Positions 1 through 12,428 of a DNA stretch of 64,000 nucleotides are shown piece after piece. A model generated the notes under the pieces. That model worked only from the letters and a program-made list of their open reading frames with translations, searched no databases and had not been told where the DNA came from. Position 1 is the first letter of the stretch; the number at the start of each line of letters is the position of its first letter. Made by a program: the position numbers and the translations under genes. Source of the stretch: the human T2T-CHM13v2.0 reference genome, Homo sapiens; NCBI RefSeq assembly GCF_009914755.1, contig NC_060935.1; one strand, given 5' to 3'.

Positions 1-373
1 CAGCCTATTGCAGCCCCGAGAGCTCCTCCCAACTACTTGGCAGACCTCCCCCTCCCCACATACACCCTCAGCCCTTGAAGAACCGGTTCAGGTTCATTAT
101 CAGCCCCTCCTCCAACCAGCAGCCCCTTCCATGGGACCCCAGCCTCATCACCTACTAGGTTGACGTTAGACACCCTCATTCTGCTCAGAGGTAACCTGCC
201 CCCACCCCAGGCTGCAGTCTGGCAACGCGGGGAGGAGGGGTGCCCAGGAACAGGATCGATCCTTCCACGTGGCTCAGCTCCATGCCAACCCCAGCTCCTT
301 GGAGGGACTCCCAGGACCCTGTCTGTGGCACCTCTCACAGCCGCTCACCACCCCAGCCCCTCACTATACTCAC

Positions 374-444
374 GGCTCAGCCGGTCGCGCTGCCGGGTAC
401 TGCTGGCTCCTGCAGAGGATGGAGTGGCCGCATGCCTGCCCCAT
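374..444 (-). CDS. PDE2A: PDE2A first coding exon (PDE2A3-type), MGQACGHSILCRSQQYPAARPAE(P); gene continues left of the window
   Basis: ATG at 444-442, 71 nt, then donor CC|GTGAGT at 373. The peptide matches the PDE2A N-terminus with Gly2 (myristoylation) and Cys5/Cys11 (palmitoylation). Confidence 0.95.
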
Positions 445-1060
445 CACTCCTCATCGTCCGCCTCCCCAGCCAGACTAAGGTGGCACCTCGCCCTGTCCCC
501 GCTGCCTGGAGTTCAGGGCAGGGCACCCCCAGCAGGCACAGGGACCAAGAGCAGTGGGCTGCCCCCTACTCAGCCTGGACTCAACACCCCAATCCAGCTC
601 TGCTGCCCCGCTGCTCCCGCCTCTCCCGCTGCCACTGCCTCTGCTGCTCGGCTGGCTCTGGGAGGAGGTTGGAGCAGGTCTGATAATGCAGAAGGGGGAG
701 GGAGGAGGGAGGAGGAACAGAGAGAGGCCCAGACAGAGAGGGAGAGAGGGAGAGAGGGAGGGGTAGAGAGAGAGTCTGACTGGGAGAGAGGAAAAAAGAC
801 TCACAGACAGAGAGACTGAGAGATAAACAGAGACAGGAAGGGGGACAGTAACACATGAAGAGGGAGAGGAGAGAGGGATCAGAGCCTTAGCGAGATCAAG
901 ATGGAAGTACAAAGAGATCAGAGAGGCATAGAGAAACACACACACAGAGGAACAAAGGCAGAAAAGGAAAAAAAATCAGAGGCAGAAATAGAAAGAGAGT
1001 GGGGTAGGGGGAAAGGGGAGTGGCTGACAGAGGAGAGAGGGGAGAGGACGAGGGATTTAC
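445..1060 (-). promoter_or_regulatory. PDE2A: PDE2A 5'UTR and proximal promoter with a long GA/TC-rich tract (about 690-1050)
   Basis: GC-rich segment 445-680 directly upstream of the ATG, followed by a polypurine low-complexity tract. The exact TSS cannot be read from sequence. Confidence 0.65.
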
Positions 1061-3099
1061 AATCCTCATGGGCTAGGATGGGGCTGGGGACTTGAGGGGC
1101 AGCAGACCCAGACCCTCTGCTGCCCCATCGCAGAAGCCTTCAGGATGAGGGGACACGCTTGTGCCCTCAAGTCTGAGAGATCAGGCCTCCATGCACAGCT
1201 AGCTGCCCTCTCCTCTGGGCTCCCTCACCCGGTGTGTATCATCTCCTAGCGTGCATCCCAGCCTGGAGCTGGGTCCACGGAAGACTTAGGGGGCTTTACT
1301 GATGGCCTTTGGACTCAGAGCCTTGTCACAGGGCCCACCTCTTGGTGGCTTGGTTTAGCTGGGACTTGGAGCTGATGCGTGAGCATGGACTTCTACCAGG
1401 ATCTGTGGAGACCTAGGCCACAGCCTGCCCCACATGGCCTTCGCTGCTCACAGACTACAGGCATGGGGGAAGGCCTGTTGCACCCCCACCCTGCTTCCAA
1501 AGAGGACTCCCTAGGATAAAGCTATAACCTAGTGAAATAGAGGCATTTTAGGCCCTAGGACAGATAGAGAGTTGTCACAGCAGAGCTACTATTGTATGCA
1601 GGAGAAACAGCTCCACACCTTGAGGCAGGAAATGGGGATTTGGATCCTGGCTTCACCATTAACTTACTTATTCATTGGCCTACCAGTGGCTGAGCTCATG
1701 GCTCACACTATCCCTTGTCTCAGAGAAGCACTCGGGCTGGGGAGTGGGGAGGGGAGACTTGCAGGCTGTGACAGAAAGAAGCACAGGGTCTGTGAAGCCC
1801 AGAGGGACCCCTGACCTAGTTTGGGTGGTGGGGGGGCGGTTAGCAAGCATTTCTGGAAGAGAGGGTCCAAGCTGGGTCTTTTAAGGCAGAAGAGGGTATA
1901 TTCCAGGGTAGAGGAGCTACAGCAAACCCTCCACAGCAACCCCATCTCTCTGAGCTGTGGGGAGAATACCTCCCCGCCACACAACAGGCTTCAAGCAGAG
2001 AAGTCCCTGAGGCTGAATAGAAACCTGACCCATGTTGAAGAACATGGGGGTGCACGGTGGAGGGGGCAAGGTCAGAAATGACTGAGCTTGTGTAGATGGC
2101 CTGCCCAGGCTGGGTGCTGCAGAAAGCAGTTGTCTTGTGGCCTGGGAAGTGTCAGGAAAGAAAATATGAGGAGTCTTTGCTTCCCACTGTGGCCCCAGAA
2201 GGCATCATAGAATTTTAGATCTCTGAACTCTGGGCAAACCATTTTCTCAAAGGGAACGAGGCCCAGGCTGGTTGTAAAGCAGCTGAGCCAGCCCAGAACT
2301 CATGTCTTGCTTCTCCACCTCACCTATCACTGGGGCCTCGCTGCTCCATTCCTGACAGCTAGGAAGGCATTCTCTGGGCTCAGGAAGCTGCAGCCCTGGA
2401 CCATGGCGTCCTGCTCCCTCACAGCTCCCCTTCATGTCCTGGGAACCTGCTCACTGGTCGGAGGAACCTGGCAGCAAGAAGCTGAGTCAGAAGAGTTCAA
2501 AGGAGGGTTCCTCCTGGGCATGCATGGGTGCAGGTGTGACGAGGTCTCACCTGGCCCTCAGCCTCCTTTCTGCCCTCCCACTTCAGAAACAATGGTGGTG
2601 GCCTCATCTTCAGAAATCTCCTGGGAATACACTCAAGCAAGCAGGTGGAAGGGAAGGTCTCCTCCCCATCCCACTGCCACACCAGACTCCACAGCCACCC
2701 AGAAGTGGAGAGTCTGCAGGAACAAACTGCAAGATTCAGGACTCAGAAGGGCTAATGGGCACTCAGGACTTAGAGCCCGGCAGGTGGAATTCAAATCCCA
2801 GCTCTGCCAAGTGCCTAGGCAAGGTATTTCACCTTCCTGAACTTCAATTTAGTTTCCTCATCTGAAATATGGGGTCACGAATTCCAAGCTCAAAAGGTTG
2901 TGAGGTTTTGGGAATGTCTGAAAAGTTCCCAGTAAATAGTTGCCCCTCTCCTCCCATCTCATTTCCTGAAGTCGTCAGGAGAGTAATAGCCCCAAATGCT
3001 GGGATAGGGGCTCCTGTAGGCCAGTGCCGGGATGGGGGAGGTGCATAAAGGGGAGAGAGCTGGAGAAAATCCAAGATTGTTTTTCCCTCCTCCACCAAT

Positions 3100-3600
3100 T
3101 GCCTGCCTGCAAGACCGCTCCCAGACGGAGCCAAAGGCCCGACTGCTCTGACTGCGCGCCCCTACCCCCGCCGCAGGCCCCGCCCCGGCCACAGGCCTCT
3201 CTCCAGGGTGCTGAACCCTGCGAGCCGTGTTCACAAGACCTGCCCGCCCCGCCGCCCTGCCGGGAGTCAAGAAACACCGTTTTTTGTTAGCTGGGGAACT
3301 GGAGGTGGGATGGCAGGAAGGATGCTCCTGGGAGGTAGGGTGGCTGCCCAAAGCGATGGGAAGATTCAGTTCTGGAATCCGGCCTCCGCGCTGCCCCCAT
3401 AGCCTTGAGAGGACTGCAGGCTCCACAGGCTTCAGCTACCTCTTTGCCGAAGAAGGCGGCTTCTTCTCAGCGCCCGCCCCCGCCCCGTCCTGCGCGGCTG
3501 TTTCCCTCCCACCTTCCAGACGGCCCCTCCTCTGTCTCCCTCACTGGTGCACCCTATCTTCGCCCCCTCAATATGGATGCTCCTTGCAGGACGGCGGCCC
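3100..3600. promoter_or_regulatory. CpG-rich regulatory element with GC boxes
   Basis: Dense CpG and repeated CCCCGCCC motifs (about 3165-3190, 3243-3256, 3470-3487). Confidence 0.65.
3195..3215 (-). promoter_or_regulatory. RE1/NRSE (REST) site
   Basis: Minus strand TTCAGCACCCTGGAGAGAGGC vs consensus TTCAGCACCACGGACAGCGCC, with canonical 2-nt spacing. Confidence 0.7.
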
Positions 3601-3816
3601 TGTCTCTCCTCATTCTCCACCCTACTCCCACGGAGCATGCAGCCTTCTCCCAGCATACCAACAACTCCGGGTGTCCCCTGCTGCCCATCCCTCTCCCTGG
3701 AGCTCCAGGTGTCCAGGCTGTCTCTTGGACATCTCCTCTGGGAACAACCCGTAGGTCCCTCAAATATTGAACATCCAATACACCTTTTGTTACTATTAAA
3801 GGCATCAGCAAACTTC

Positions 3817-4114
<298 letters not shown>

Positions 4115-7100
4115 GCATCAGCAAACTTCCAATCTCTGAGCTGGACACTTCAAAGTCGCCTTGCCCCATCCCTCTCCTACACTTCCTGTATCGTTTGTTC
4201 CAAAGGACAGTAGATTCTCTTAGATCCATCCACTCCCTCCATCCCCACCCCCTGCTTCCTTCCCCCTCCCCTGGTCATGCTCCAACCCTTACCCCAGGTC
4301 AACCTCTCTACTCCACCTCCTCCTTGCACCTAGAGGCGGCTTCCAAAGACATCTATCTGGTAATGGAATTCCCTCTCAAAACCTTTGCAGGGCTCCCCAG
4401 TGCCCTCAGGATAAAGGCCAAGCTCCTCAGCCTGGCATTTGAGGTCCCTTGTGATCCAGCCCTGACTGACCTCACCATCCTCTGCTCCAGGTGGGGCCAG
4501 GTCTGGTCCCTAAGCACACTCTGGTTCTCTCCTCCTCGACTTTGTACAGTGTTTCTCCTCCCAGGCCGACTTCCCCCTCCTCTTCCTTTTCTCTGCCTAT
4601 CCCAAATCCTAGCCCACCATTGCTGGGCCAGTCAGCACACACCCTGCCTCCCACCCACAAGGACAGGTAGGCAGGAAGGGGCATTGGATTCTGGGCTAGA
4701 GACCCTTGGTGGCCTCTCCCTTCCCTAATGTCTCACCCCCCGACCCCCTCTCAGGCTCATCTCATTTCTTCTACAGGATCCTGTTAGCTCAAAAGACAAG
4801 CCAAAGTCCTATGTACCTCGGCCCCAGTCCACAGCCTTTGGGTAGCCCGCAACAGGCCCAAGCAGGAAATGTTGATGGAGAAAAGTCAGAAAGGAGGCCG
4901 ACGGAAATCGGGTGGTGCACAACAGAGCTCAGCTCAGGGGCACACGTGTCTTGCAGACAAGATAATGCAGGTGTGTGGGGATGCAGGCAGTGACGCTTAC
5001 TGCTCTGTGAGCACCCCCCCAACCCCAGGGCAGGCTGAGACTACCCAGTGTGAGACAGCCCTCAGCTCTCCGGAGAAAGGCTGGTAACTGGTGGAACATG
5101 GATTTCACAAAGGGTTGGCCTGAACACCCCTGGGTGACTCCCTCTGGCTGGGGGACAGGATAAGCCCACATCTGGGTCTTTGCAATGGGAGCCCAGGCAT
5201 GGGGAAGGGGTGGAGTGGGGAGCTCAAGGAGCCATTCCACAGCTTCTCCCCACTCCTCCTCTGCCAGGAAGCTCCCCTCTGTGGCTCTGATGACAATGGC
5301 TGAAGGAGCACCATGTCCTTGGGTAGGGCCTGGCATGGGTCTCTGCATTCTCACACTAAGCATGTCCCCCACCACACAAGTGACAAAAGCTTTTGCTGAT
5401 AAAGGAATGAAAGGCCACCACAGCCCCTATAGTAGTTCCAAGGTGGAGCAGCTTCTTCAACACCTCAGGAAGGTGGCTTTGGGATTCAGGATGGGGCATG
5501 AAGGATCCACTTCAGGTTCCAGGATATCTGTCAGAGCTCTCCGGGGAGGAAGGGGTGACCCCAGGTGAGGGCAGTGACCTACCCATGGCTGCTAGGCAGG
5601 GGGCTGGGGGGCTGGAACAGATGGCGAGTTCAGGGAAGGGAGAAGCCGCCCAGCCCCAGCTGAGTCCAGGGCCCTCTCCTGCCTCTTTTGTCTTGTGGGT
5701 GGGGGTGGCTGCATTGGTCTAGGAGGGATGGCAGAGAAAAGAGGGAGGGAAGTCAGCCTGGAACGCGGCTGGGCCAGACACTCGGAAGTGCCTTCAGCCT
5801 CAGGTTGAGATCATCTCCAGGGTTATAAATCAGAGAGAATGAGACGCTAGAGCCAGTTAATCTAATCCTTCACTGTGCAGATGGGAAAACTGAGGTCAGA
5901 GGGGTGCCCAGGTAACCCAGTGAGTGAAGGGCGAGGCTGAGCCTAGGACCAAAGACGGTGGCCATTGCCCCACCGGACTACTTCCCCCTCTTCATACTCT
6001 TCCACCTCTCCTTCCTCCTCCAACTGAGACAGCAGCCCACAAGAGAAGGCTGTACATATAGCTTGTGACTCTGGGGAGGGCCCCCAGGAATGTGGAATTC
6101 CAGCAGGGATGGGTCAGGGCAGAAGTGGCCCCTGTGGCTTCATATTCTGGCGAAGGCTCTGCTCTTCTTGGGGCCTCAGCACCAGCCCCCTCACCACCAC
6201 CACCCTCCAATCCAGCACACTAGGGATCTTCCTTGCCAGGAGGCCCCGAACCTCCCACTCAGCCCTGAACCACCTCTTCCCCCATAACTCCCCGCACCTG
6301 AGGGGGGATGCAGGGGGTGTGACTCAGTGGGATAAAGGCAGCTGCTATATTTGAATTATTACATAAGCCAGGAGGGAGGCAGCTGCAACGTGACTCCATG
6401 AAGGTCAGGAGACAAGTTGAGGCTGGGCACAGGAGGCAGGGGTCTCCTCCCCTCTGTCCCTAGACTCCAGCTTGACCTAGGGATTGGAAGTCGGTCTGCA
6501 TTGCTGCACTGCAAGAAAGGTCTTCCCTAGGTCTAACCACACTAGGAAAGCTCTATTCTCTATCTTCTTAGAAAAATATCCCCTGGTTTCTAGAAACCCT
6601 AAGGCCAGACCCAGGCTATGCCCCAGATCCTCCCCCTACACTCTTACCGGTAATAAAGATGGGATTAAAAGCTTTGCCATTCTTTTAAAAGAGCGCCTGA
6701 TGGAGACAGCAATACACACGAGCCTTGACTCACCTGCCCCATCTGAGAGGGACCTGTGTTCCTGTCCCAGCTACTCCACTTACCAGTCATCTTCCTCCTG
6801 GGTCTTGGAATAAAATGGGATGACACATGCAAAGCCTTGGCACAGCAGGTGGTGGGCGCCCCATGATGGTTTCTCGGCACTATCACTTGCATCTTCACTC
6901 CCACTGCCAACTCTAAGGGCTGGCTGAAGATCGTGGTGGGAACTGAGGTTGGACTGACCCCTCTGCCCCCAGTCCCCTTTCTGGGTGGAAGGTGGGAGAC
7001 CGGAGGAGAAAACAGGTCTGAGAGTCAGGAGCTTGGCCAGACTTGCTGTGTGACCCTGGGCAAGCCCCTGCCCTCTCTGGCGCCCAGCTCTGGAGCTGGT

Positions 7101-7799
7101 GTTTGAGAGAGGATTTCCCAAATGGGATCAGTGACTTGTGGCACTGGAAGCTGCAGTGGCAAGCAAAGTTGGCTGGGGGGATGGGGGTGGGCTGTCCTGG
7201 GAATGGTGAGCTGGAGGCAGCCATGGTGGGCACCAGCACAAGGCCCACCTCCTCGGCACCTCCTCTTATGGACCCCACACCCCAGGAGGAGGAAGCTGTG
7301 CCCACCCGAACTGTGTTGCCATGACACTGGTCTCCATGGTGCCAGGCACACAGCCCTCCCCTAACCCAATAGGAGGGACTGAAGGTGACAGGAGCTGAGG
7401 AGATTCGGGACCTGGGGTCCCTTTCACTTGTCCCTATGCCTCCATCAGCCCTATGAGGTCAGGTCCCCATCCTGAGCCTCTCAGGAGAGCTGGGAGGAGC
7501 AGTTTCCACTTCAGAGTCAAGAGTAACAAAGAGAGGCCTCAGAGTGACTTGTGTGGAGGGCAGATACACAGGAACGCAGGGAGGTGGCAGGGCGACAGGG
7601 AGGCAGAGAGAGCTGGGGAGGCAGACGGGCAGGGGGAGGAGGGCATGCTAGTCACAAAGGGAGGAGGGCGTCCCAGGCTGACAAGTGGTGAGAGGCACCG
7701 TCCAGCCCATCTCTTTGGTCTCAGCATTTGGAAGTGGGTGGTGGTGGGAGGACAGGGTGGAGGAGGAGCAGGAGGGAAGGGGAGCAATTTTCCTAGAGA

Positions 7800-7970
7800 G
7801 CTGTGTGTGGGTGGGTGTTCATCCACGTGCCGTGTGTGTGTGCTCATCCACGTGCCGAGTGTGTGTGTGTGCGCGCAGCATGCACTCGCAGATCTGGAGA
7901 AGCAGGCTGAGGTGTGCAGGCACGTGTGTGCAGGCCTGAGTGTGTGTGGCATGTGTGCGCCTGTGCCACT
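7800..7970. repeat. GT-rich low-complexity tract
   Basis: (GT)n runs with a duplicated TCATCCACGTGCCG unit. Confidence 0.75.
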
Positions 7971-10900
7971 GTGTCTCCAGGGTGATAAATACAGCAGTAG
8001 GAGCTGTAACCAGGGCAGAGAAAGTATGGAAATTTCCACAGGCTGGAAGTGGTGTAGGAGAAGGGACATGCTAGGGCTGGGCCAACCCTGGCTGACCAGG
8101 GAAACTGTCCCCGACTGCTCTTCCCTAGGTGAGTCCCTGACTAGGTGTGGTGACCTGGGCACATACGCATACCCTAAGTAGGCACAGTGGGATGGGAGAG
8201 CAACCCAGAAGAGCTTCCTGAAGGAGGTGTCGTAGTGGAGGAAGGGCTGGGAGGTTCAGGCCACTGCACTTATGTGAGAGACAGTCCCCAGAGCAGGGTC
8301 AGGGTCACTTAGGTCACAGAGCTGGCTAAGAGAATAGGAACTGTTCCTTATTCTGATGGGGGATGATCCCAAGGAGCCCACTGGACTGGGATGTGGTCAT
8401 ATCTCAGAGGCAGGCGCAAGGGGGATAGGCCCTAGGGTGCTGTAGGGCACTGTGTCCCAGCCACAGCAGGTAGTGACCACAGCAGGGTCACATCCCCTTG
8501 TCTTGTGCTCAGACCACTTCCTCTCCTCCACCTGTGGAGAACTGCCTCTCCTTTCAGACTCACCTCCTCCAGTCTTTCCTGATAATATCCCCTACCAGGA
8601 GGTCTCTACCTTCCTCCACACCACTCACTCATCTGCTCCCCCTCAGTGTTCAGTAACGCTCTGCATACAGTTGGTGTTCAATAAGTGCTTGTTGAGTGCA
8701 AATATATTGGGACTAGAATATGCCATGATACCTTCTCAGAAACTGCAGACAGTGCAGTGGGAAGGGGATTAGCAAGGGGCAATGCTAGGCACTTCACACT
8801 TACTAGCTCATTTAATTGCCCAAACCACTAGGAGGTAGCTACTATTAATACCCGCAAAGTACAGATGACAACATTGAGGATCAGAGACCTAAGTAACTCA
8901 GGCAAAGTCACACAGCTTGTAAACAGGAGCACTGGCACCCACACGCGTGCTTTCCAAGACAGCGGGCTGTGGGCAGGTGGCTTGGAGGCCACCAGAGCAT
9001 GAGGCCAGGAAAGAAGCCCCAGCTCTTGCCCTTCCCTGTCCCACTGATTTCCTTCTCCAGAAGCCCCAGGACTCCTCAGAACTCTGCAGGGTAGGAAGGT
9101 TGTGCTGGAAGGAGGCAGGAGAGAGGCAGACATCCCACCCCACCTCCCTGCCCCTCTCCCCTCTGCCCCCCAGCCTCCCCTTCACCTGCAGTGCCCTCAC
9201 CATCCAGGCTCTGACGTGCCTCGGCCTTCTTTCCCAGGGCTCCCCGTATTCCCCAGGGGCTAGGCCTGGATTTGGGTTGGTCCTTGAAGCCCTGTCCTCC
9301 TCCCCCAATATTTCAGTATTTCAACCTCTACCCCAACCACACCTGGCAAGGCCTCCGGTCTTCAAAGCTGGCTCAGGAGCACTTCCTTGTCCAGGAAGCC
9401 CCTCCCTTTCCAAGAGCTGCTCCTGGCCCCTCTGCAGGTCCAGGTCTGGGGTCTTCAACTCATCCATGGCAACCCAACTTCAAATAATATGTGAATGAGC
9501 AAACCATCCAGGGTCCCAACAGGCCCCATTTTTAGGAATCCTTGCGACAAGGACCAGCAGAGCCTCCTGCCCCTAACCCATCCAACACTGTTGTCACAGG
9601 CATATTTCATTCCGGCTGAGGCCCTGAGGCTCCTGTTGGGATGTCACCCCTACCCCTTACCAGAGGGAAATCACTTTAAGCCATCACTAACTCCTGACAG
9701 TTCAGACCCCCTGCCTCAGGCCATTTCTAAGAGGAGAAAAGGGTTGGAATCAGGAGGGGAGTCAAAGAGGGAGACCCCACCAAAGTAGGGCAGGGGAAAT
9801 GGACCTCAGGCCTGCTTCACGAGCATGGTGTGACCTTGGGAAAGTTGCCTCCCTTCTCTGGGCCTAGCTCCCCCTTGCCAAGAGCAGACAGTGCAGGGGG
9901 CACAGGGGCCGATTCACAGCAGGTACTTGGTAGAAGGCTGTTCCCTCCTCTTCCTGGTTCCCAGAGCCCAGGACTCCAATGCACATTCCTGTATGGTGCT
10001 GCCTTCCAGAATGTCACCAGCCTGCAGGCCAAAGGCAGAACTGGGTCCCGCTTCACACCCCAGCAGAGAAAGGTCTGGGCCAGGACCACCACTCAGGCAT
10101 CCTCCAGACCCTGCTTTGATTCCAGCAATGATGAGTGGTCCATGGCTGCCGCCTTGTGGCCTAGTGCAGGACTGCAGCCAGCACGCTGAGCTGGGGCAGT
10201 GGCCTTAGCAGAGCAGGGGGCGCCTCCAGTCTCACCCACTCAGGTGGGCCTCAGGGCTGGCTGGGCAGTGCAAGGTCAGATCCAGGAGCGGATTCCAGCC
10301 CCTCAGCACTTGGATAAGGGGGTCCAACCTGTCCTGGCTGGAGGCAGAAGGGTCAGACATTCGACCTGTGGATCTGGCCAGAGCGACCCACAGGAGGTGG
10401 GAGACTCAAGGGGCTTAGCCCCAGCCTGTGAAATAGGTCAGTAGGACTCAGGGAACCGGTTCCAGTCTCCTGCCATATACCTCCCCTTCCTGAGACAGCG
10501 AGAGGGAACCTGGAGTCCAGCTCCCCAAGTCTTCCGCTGGACCCAGGCTCCCCACTGAGCTGGATGCCTGAGTCGGAGGTCACATGGCCCATCCCCACCC
10601 ACTCTGCCCAGCCCCACTGGCTGAGGCTAAGGATGGAGGTCAGCCTGTCCGCCCACTGAGCCCCCGAAGAGCGGGTGGTAATGAGGCTCTAGGCAGAGGC
10701 GGGAATGTGGTGTCTGGCACCTCCCCAGGGAGTCCCAAACCCATCTCTGAGCAACTCATTATTTCCTCTGCAGGCCAGGGCCTCATCTTCTTAGTGGAGA
10801 TGGCCAGGCAGTGCCCAGTGAGGGCAGCCCCCTGGTGCATGGCAGGCCCCACCTCTGGAGGGGTAGGCACTGGGGCCACAGGTGACCCAAAGGTGCTTCT

Positions 10901-11305
10901 TCTCAATTTCCTCAGGCTCCTGTGGCTCTGACCTTGTGTCTCCAGCAGGGGGCTGCTGCAGGGCTGCCAGGCCTGAGTCACTGACACACCACACCCAGGC
11001 CCCAGCTGGGACTCAGACTCGGACTGCAGCAGGACAGGGGCTTGTGTCCAGCCAGGGTCAGTGCTGGCCAGGAAAGGACCGGCATTCCCAGCCTGGCTGC
11101 AGGATAGTACAATGGGGAAGGCATGGAGTCAAGCCAGGGCTCTGCTTGGGGAAGGGGGTCGTCTGAATAGCTCAGGGCCTGGAGAAAGCAAGGCCTAGGT
11201 TCTCAGCTTCAGGCACTAGGCACTCACCCCTGGGCTTCCCGACCTCCTGTCCCCTCCTACCCCAGGACGCCCAATCCCCTTAGCCAATCACAGGCCTCAG
11301 CACCA

Positions 11306-11900
11306 TAGGGTAAAATATACAGATATATTTATATTATCAAAAAGTCCCCAAATTGGGGAAGGGGCATCAGGTAGTCTGGACCCCCCACTCAGCCCAGACT
11401 GGAAGGAAGGCTGAAGTCCCCAAAGCGCAGCTCTCAGCCCTGTAGAAGCTCAGCCAAGAGCTCCCTCCCCGTGAGCTGAGTGCTCCTCTACAGCACCCGC
11501 TTTCTGCTGTTCTGGAGTTTGTTGGGAGGAGCAGGGGGCTCCCTTCCGGCAGGGCCCCAGGGCCTCACGCCTCTGAAAGGGTGGTGGTCCTCCCAAGTTC
11601 CTGACTTATGCCCATCTCTCCAGCCCCACAAGGACAGTGAACCCGGTGGGGTGAGCAGGTTGGGCCAAGAGGTCTGAACACCTGGACAGAGTTGGGAGAG
11701 GTTCCTGCCCAGGCTGACCCCTGCTGCCTCCCACCCCTGCCGGGGAACCCCATGCTGCAGTCAGGATGGAGGATGTGGGTTGTGGGGTGCAGTTTCCCAT
11801 GCACCCCCCGCTGGCTCACATCAGGCCTTGGAGCATAAGGGGTGTCTGAACAGAAGGCTTCCAGCGGCGGAATCCTAGAGCCAAGGATGGGCTCCTGTGC
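11306..11900 (-). other. ARAP1: ARAP1 3'UTR (end approximate) with non-canonical poly(A) signal
   Basis: Follows the stop codon. An AT-rich island at 11311-11343 has overlapping AATATA/TATAAA on the minus strand (11328-11335); no AATAAA nearby. Confidence 0.65.
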
Positions 11901-11918
11901 TCAGACGTTGCGCAGAAG
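11901..11918 (-). CDS. ARAP1: ARAP1 exon 35 coding part (LLRNV*)
   Basis: CAG|CTT CTG CGC AAC GTC TGA; completes the 4353-nt CDS. Confidence 0.9.
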   Translation of the reverse strand, partial: LLRNV

Positions 11919-12278
11919 CTGCAGGAAGGCAAGAGACCCACAGGTATTTTGTGAAGGCCCAGAGGGGCTGGCGCCCCGCTGAAGCTGCTGCAGCTGCTGC
12001 AGCCACTCTCCACTGCCAGCCGGGGAGCACTCCAATCAGCCAGGCTCCCAGCTCCCAGGGCCAGGCAGAGGGGACTCCCAGCTTCCAGGGCCAGGCAGAA
12101 GGGGCTCCTTTGAATGGTGTGAACCAAAGAGGCCTATGAGGGCCCCCACCAAGGCTGGAGGGAGGGGGCCGGAGGGCAATCGGGGAGGGCAATCAGGGCA
12201 ATCATCTACTGTGGAGTAGAAGGCAGGCACCCAGCCAGGCCCCCAGCCCCCTGCCCAAAGGCATGGAGAGCCACTCAC

Positions 12279-12428
12279 AGACAGAGGGTCCGCGGTGAAG
12301 GCAGCCACACTCCGGCGCATTTCATTTTCACTACCTCGAAGGGGGATCAGTGACACACTACCCAGCCGGACCTCAGGCACTGCCCGGGACACGCGTGAGG
12401 GCTCTGAGGGCCACACCAGGCCGTCATG
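12279..12428 (-). CDS. ARAP1: ARAP1 exon 34 (HDGLVWPSEPS...TADPLS)
   Basis: AG/GT boundaries, 150 nt. Confidence 0.93.

Noticed and set aside
160-819. 219-aa plus-strand ORF antisense to PDE2A exon 1
   Set aside because: Non-ATG start, GC-rich and GA-repeat-derived composition, no recognisable domain.
7453-8181. 242-aa and 207-aa overlapping ORFs
   Set aside because: They run through a GT low-complexity tract with no protein-like features.
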